DNA of 64,000 bases, from positions 7,168,001 through 7,232,000 of the forward strand of contig CM000151.3 of the NCBI GenBank assembly GCA_000004695.1, in the 5' to 3' direction. Origin of the DNA: Dictyostelium discoideum (lineage: Eukaryota). Made by a program: the position numbers and the translations under genes. This document shows, one piece after another, positions 62,317 through 64,000 of the stretch (position 1 is the stretch's first letter; each line of letters begins with the position of its first letter). The notes beneath the pieces are model-generated. The model did not search any database. It saw only the letters and a program-made list of their open reading frames with translations, and was not told the DNA's origin.

Positions 62317-62732
62317 TTATTTTTCATATAAATATATATATTTGTACACAAATTAAATAATTAAATCTTTATTTTTTCTTTTTGAATTTTAATTTTTTTT
62401 GGATTTCTTTTTTTGGATTTTTTTTTTTTTTTGGATTTCTTTTTTTTAATATTTCTTCTTTATTCTAAAAAAAAAAAAAAAAAATAAAAAAAAAATAGTA
62501 AAAATTTTTAATATTCTATAAAGTAATTTTTATTTTTATATATTATATATTATTAAAAAAAAAAAAAAAAAAATTAAGTAATTAATATTATTATTAATAT
62601 TAAAAATTATAATTTATTGTGGGTGAGTGAATGATGATTAAGAGTTTGTGTGTGTTTTAAAAAGAATTTTAATAATATAAAAATAAAAAAAAAAATAAAA
62701 AAAATTAAAAATAATAATAATATTAATAGTGA

Positions 62733-62764
<32 letters not shown>

Positions 62765-63781
62765 AAAAAAAAAAAAAAAAATATTAAAACCCACAAAATG
62801 ATTATAATAACACACTCACACACACACAGCAAAAAATATTTTGTTGTAGTAAAAAAAAATAAAAAATAAAAAATAATGTATATTTTTATTGTGTTGATTT
62901 GAATTGGGCTGTACAATACATTATTTAATGAGAGTTTAATTTTTTTTTTTTTCTATTTTTAATTTTTTTAATTATTAATTGTCTTTAAAAATTGATTTTT
63001 TTTTTTTTTTTAATAATTTTTTTTTTTTTTTTTTTGATTATATCTTTATTTTATAATTTTGATTTAGAAAACTATTTAATTGATTTGACACCTGTTAAAA
63101 AGAAAAATCAAAATAATGGCAAAACAATATTAAAAAAAAAAAAAATGTTGTTTTTTGTTGGAAAAAAAAAAAAAATTAAAAATTATAAATAAAAAATTAT
63201 AAAAAATAAAATTTTTCCCTTTTGTATAAAAGGTGATAAAAATAGATTGGGGATCCATGTTAATATAAATATATATATTTATTGTTAATATAATTTTTTT
63301 ATTTTTTTATTTTTTATTTTTATTTTTTAATTTTTATTTTTAAATTTTTATTTTATTTTATTTTATAAGGTGTGGTTTGAAACTGTTGGTGAAAATATAA
63401 TTATTTACAAATTTATAAAAAAAACAATTAAAAAATTAAGATTTGATTTTCCTTAAAAAAAAAAAAAAAAACTAAAAATAAAAATTTCCTTTTTTGTTTT
63501 TTTTTTTTTTTTTTTTTTTTTTTATTTTTTATGTTTTTTCGAAATTATTTATTTTCAAAAACATTCATAGCCATACATTTTTATTTTATGTATATAAAAT
63601 ATATATATATATACCCAAAAAATATTGATTATTATTTTGAAGTGTTTAGATAATTTAAAATAAATAATTATTTACACAGAATTTTAAAATTATATTGGGA
63701 ACCAAATATGATGTTCTTATTATAAAACATAATAAAAAAAAAAAAAAAAAGAAAAAAAAAAAAAAAAGAAAAAAAAAATTT

Positions 63782-63827
<46 letters not shown>

Positions 63828-64000
63828 CTTTAGTGTTTCAAATTACCCACCCCTGTTTTGATGATTATTTTGAAAATTTAATGCGCAAAAATGCGAGAAA
63901 ATGTGTGTTGTTATTTTATTTGAAATGGTGATAAAGTGGAAAGGTTGTGTGGGTTTTTTTTGTCTATTTATTATTATTATTATCTTGCCATTAATTTGTT

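Overview
This 64 kb window is AT-rich (about 75-80% A+T), gene-dense nuclear DNA of a dictyostelid social amoeba. It looks most like Dictyostelium discoideum: poly-N/Q/T coding tracts, short 70-300 bp AT-rich introns with GTAAGT...AG boundaries, and homopolymer-rich intergenic DNA. It is not prokaryotic, and I found no CRISPR arrays, operons or phage-like content. The six-frame ORF track misses or truncates most genes because they are spliced, so I rebuilt exon structures by hand from splice signals and conserved protein motifs. I count about 29 protein-coding genes plus one tRNA.

Genes I can name with reasonable confidence:
- calcineurin A catalytic subunit (canA-like)
- a GPI-specific phospholipase D homolog
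- a ubiquitin-ribosomal S27a fusion
- citrate synthase
- a Rac-family GTPase
- a choline/ethanolamine phosphotransferase
- a GDP-fucose-type nucleotide-sugar transporter
- a TBC Rab-GAP
- a DH-PH RhoGEF
- an expansin-like protein
- a mitochondrial carrier
- a rhodanese-domain protein
- a PPR-like protein
- a Bet v1/START-like (SRPBCC) protein
- a Pmp3 proteolipid
- a small RRM protein
- a BTB/KCTD plus Fis1-like TPR fusion
- a spore-coat/ECM-like Cys-rich mucin
- two tandem LEA-like hydrophilic paralogs

Non-coding and structural features:
- a tandem triplication of a novel secreted Cys-rich gene family, whose middle copy is frameshifted
- tRNA-Phe(GAA) with a downstream 'extra B-box' and a retroelement-like repeated region immediately upstream
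- a 112-bp-arm inverted repeat and a nested-palindrome composite repeat
- CA-rich elements upstream of the ECM-like gene

Several gene models have problems that need cDNA or a second assembly to resolve: an in-frame TGA 19 codons after an ATG, an initiator codon apparently split by an intron, a 1-nt splice-phase conflict, and an unresolved 5' end.
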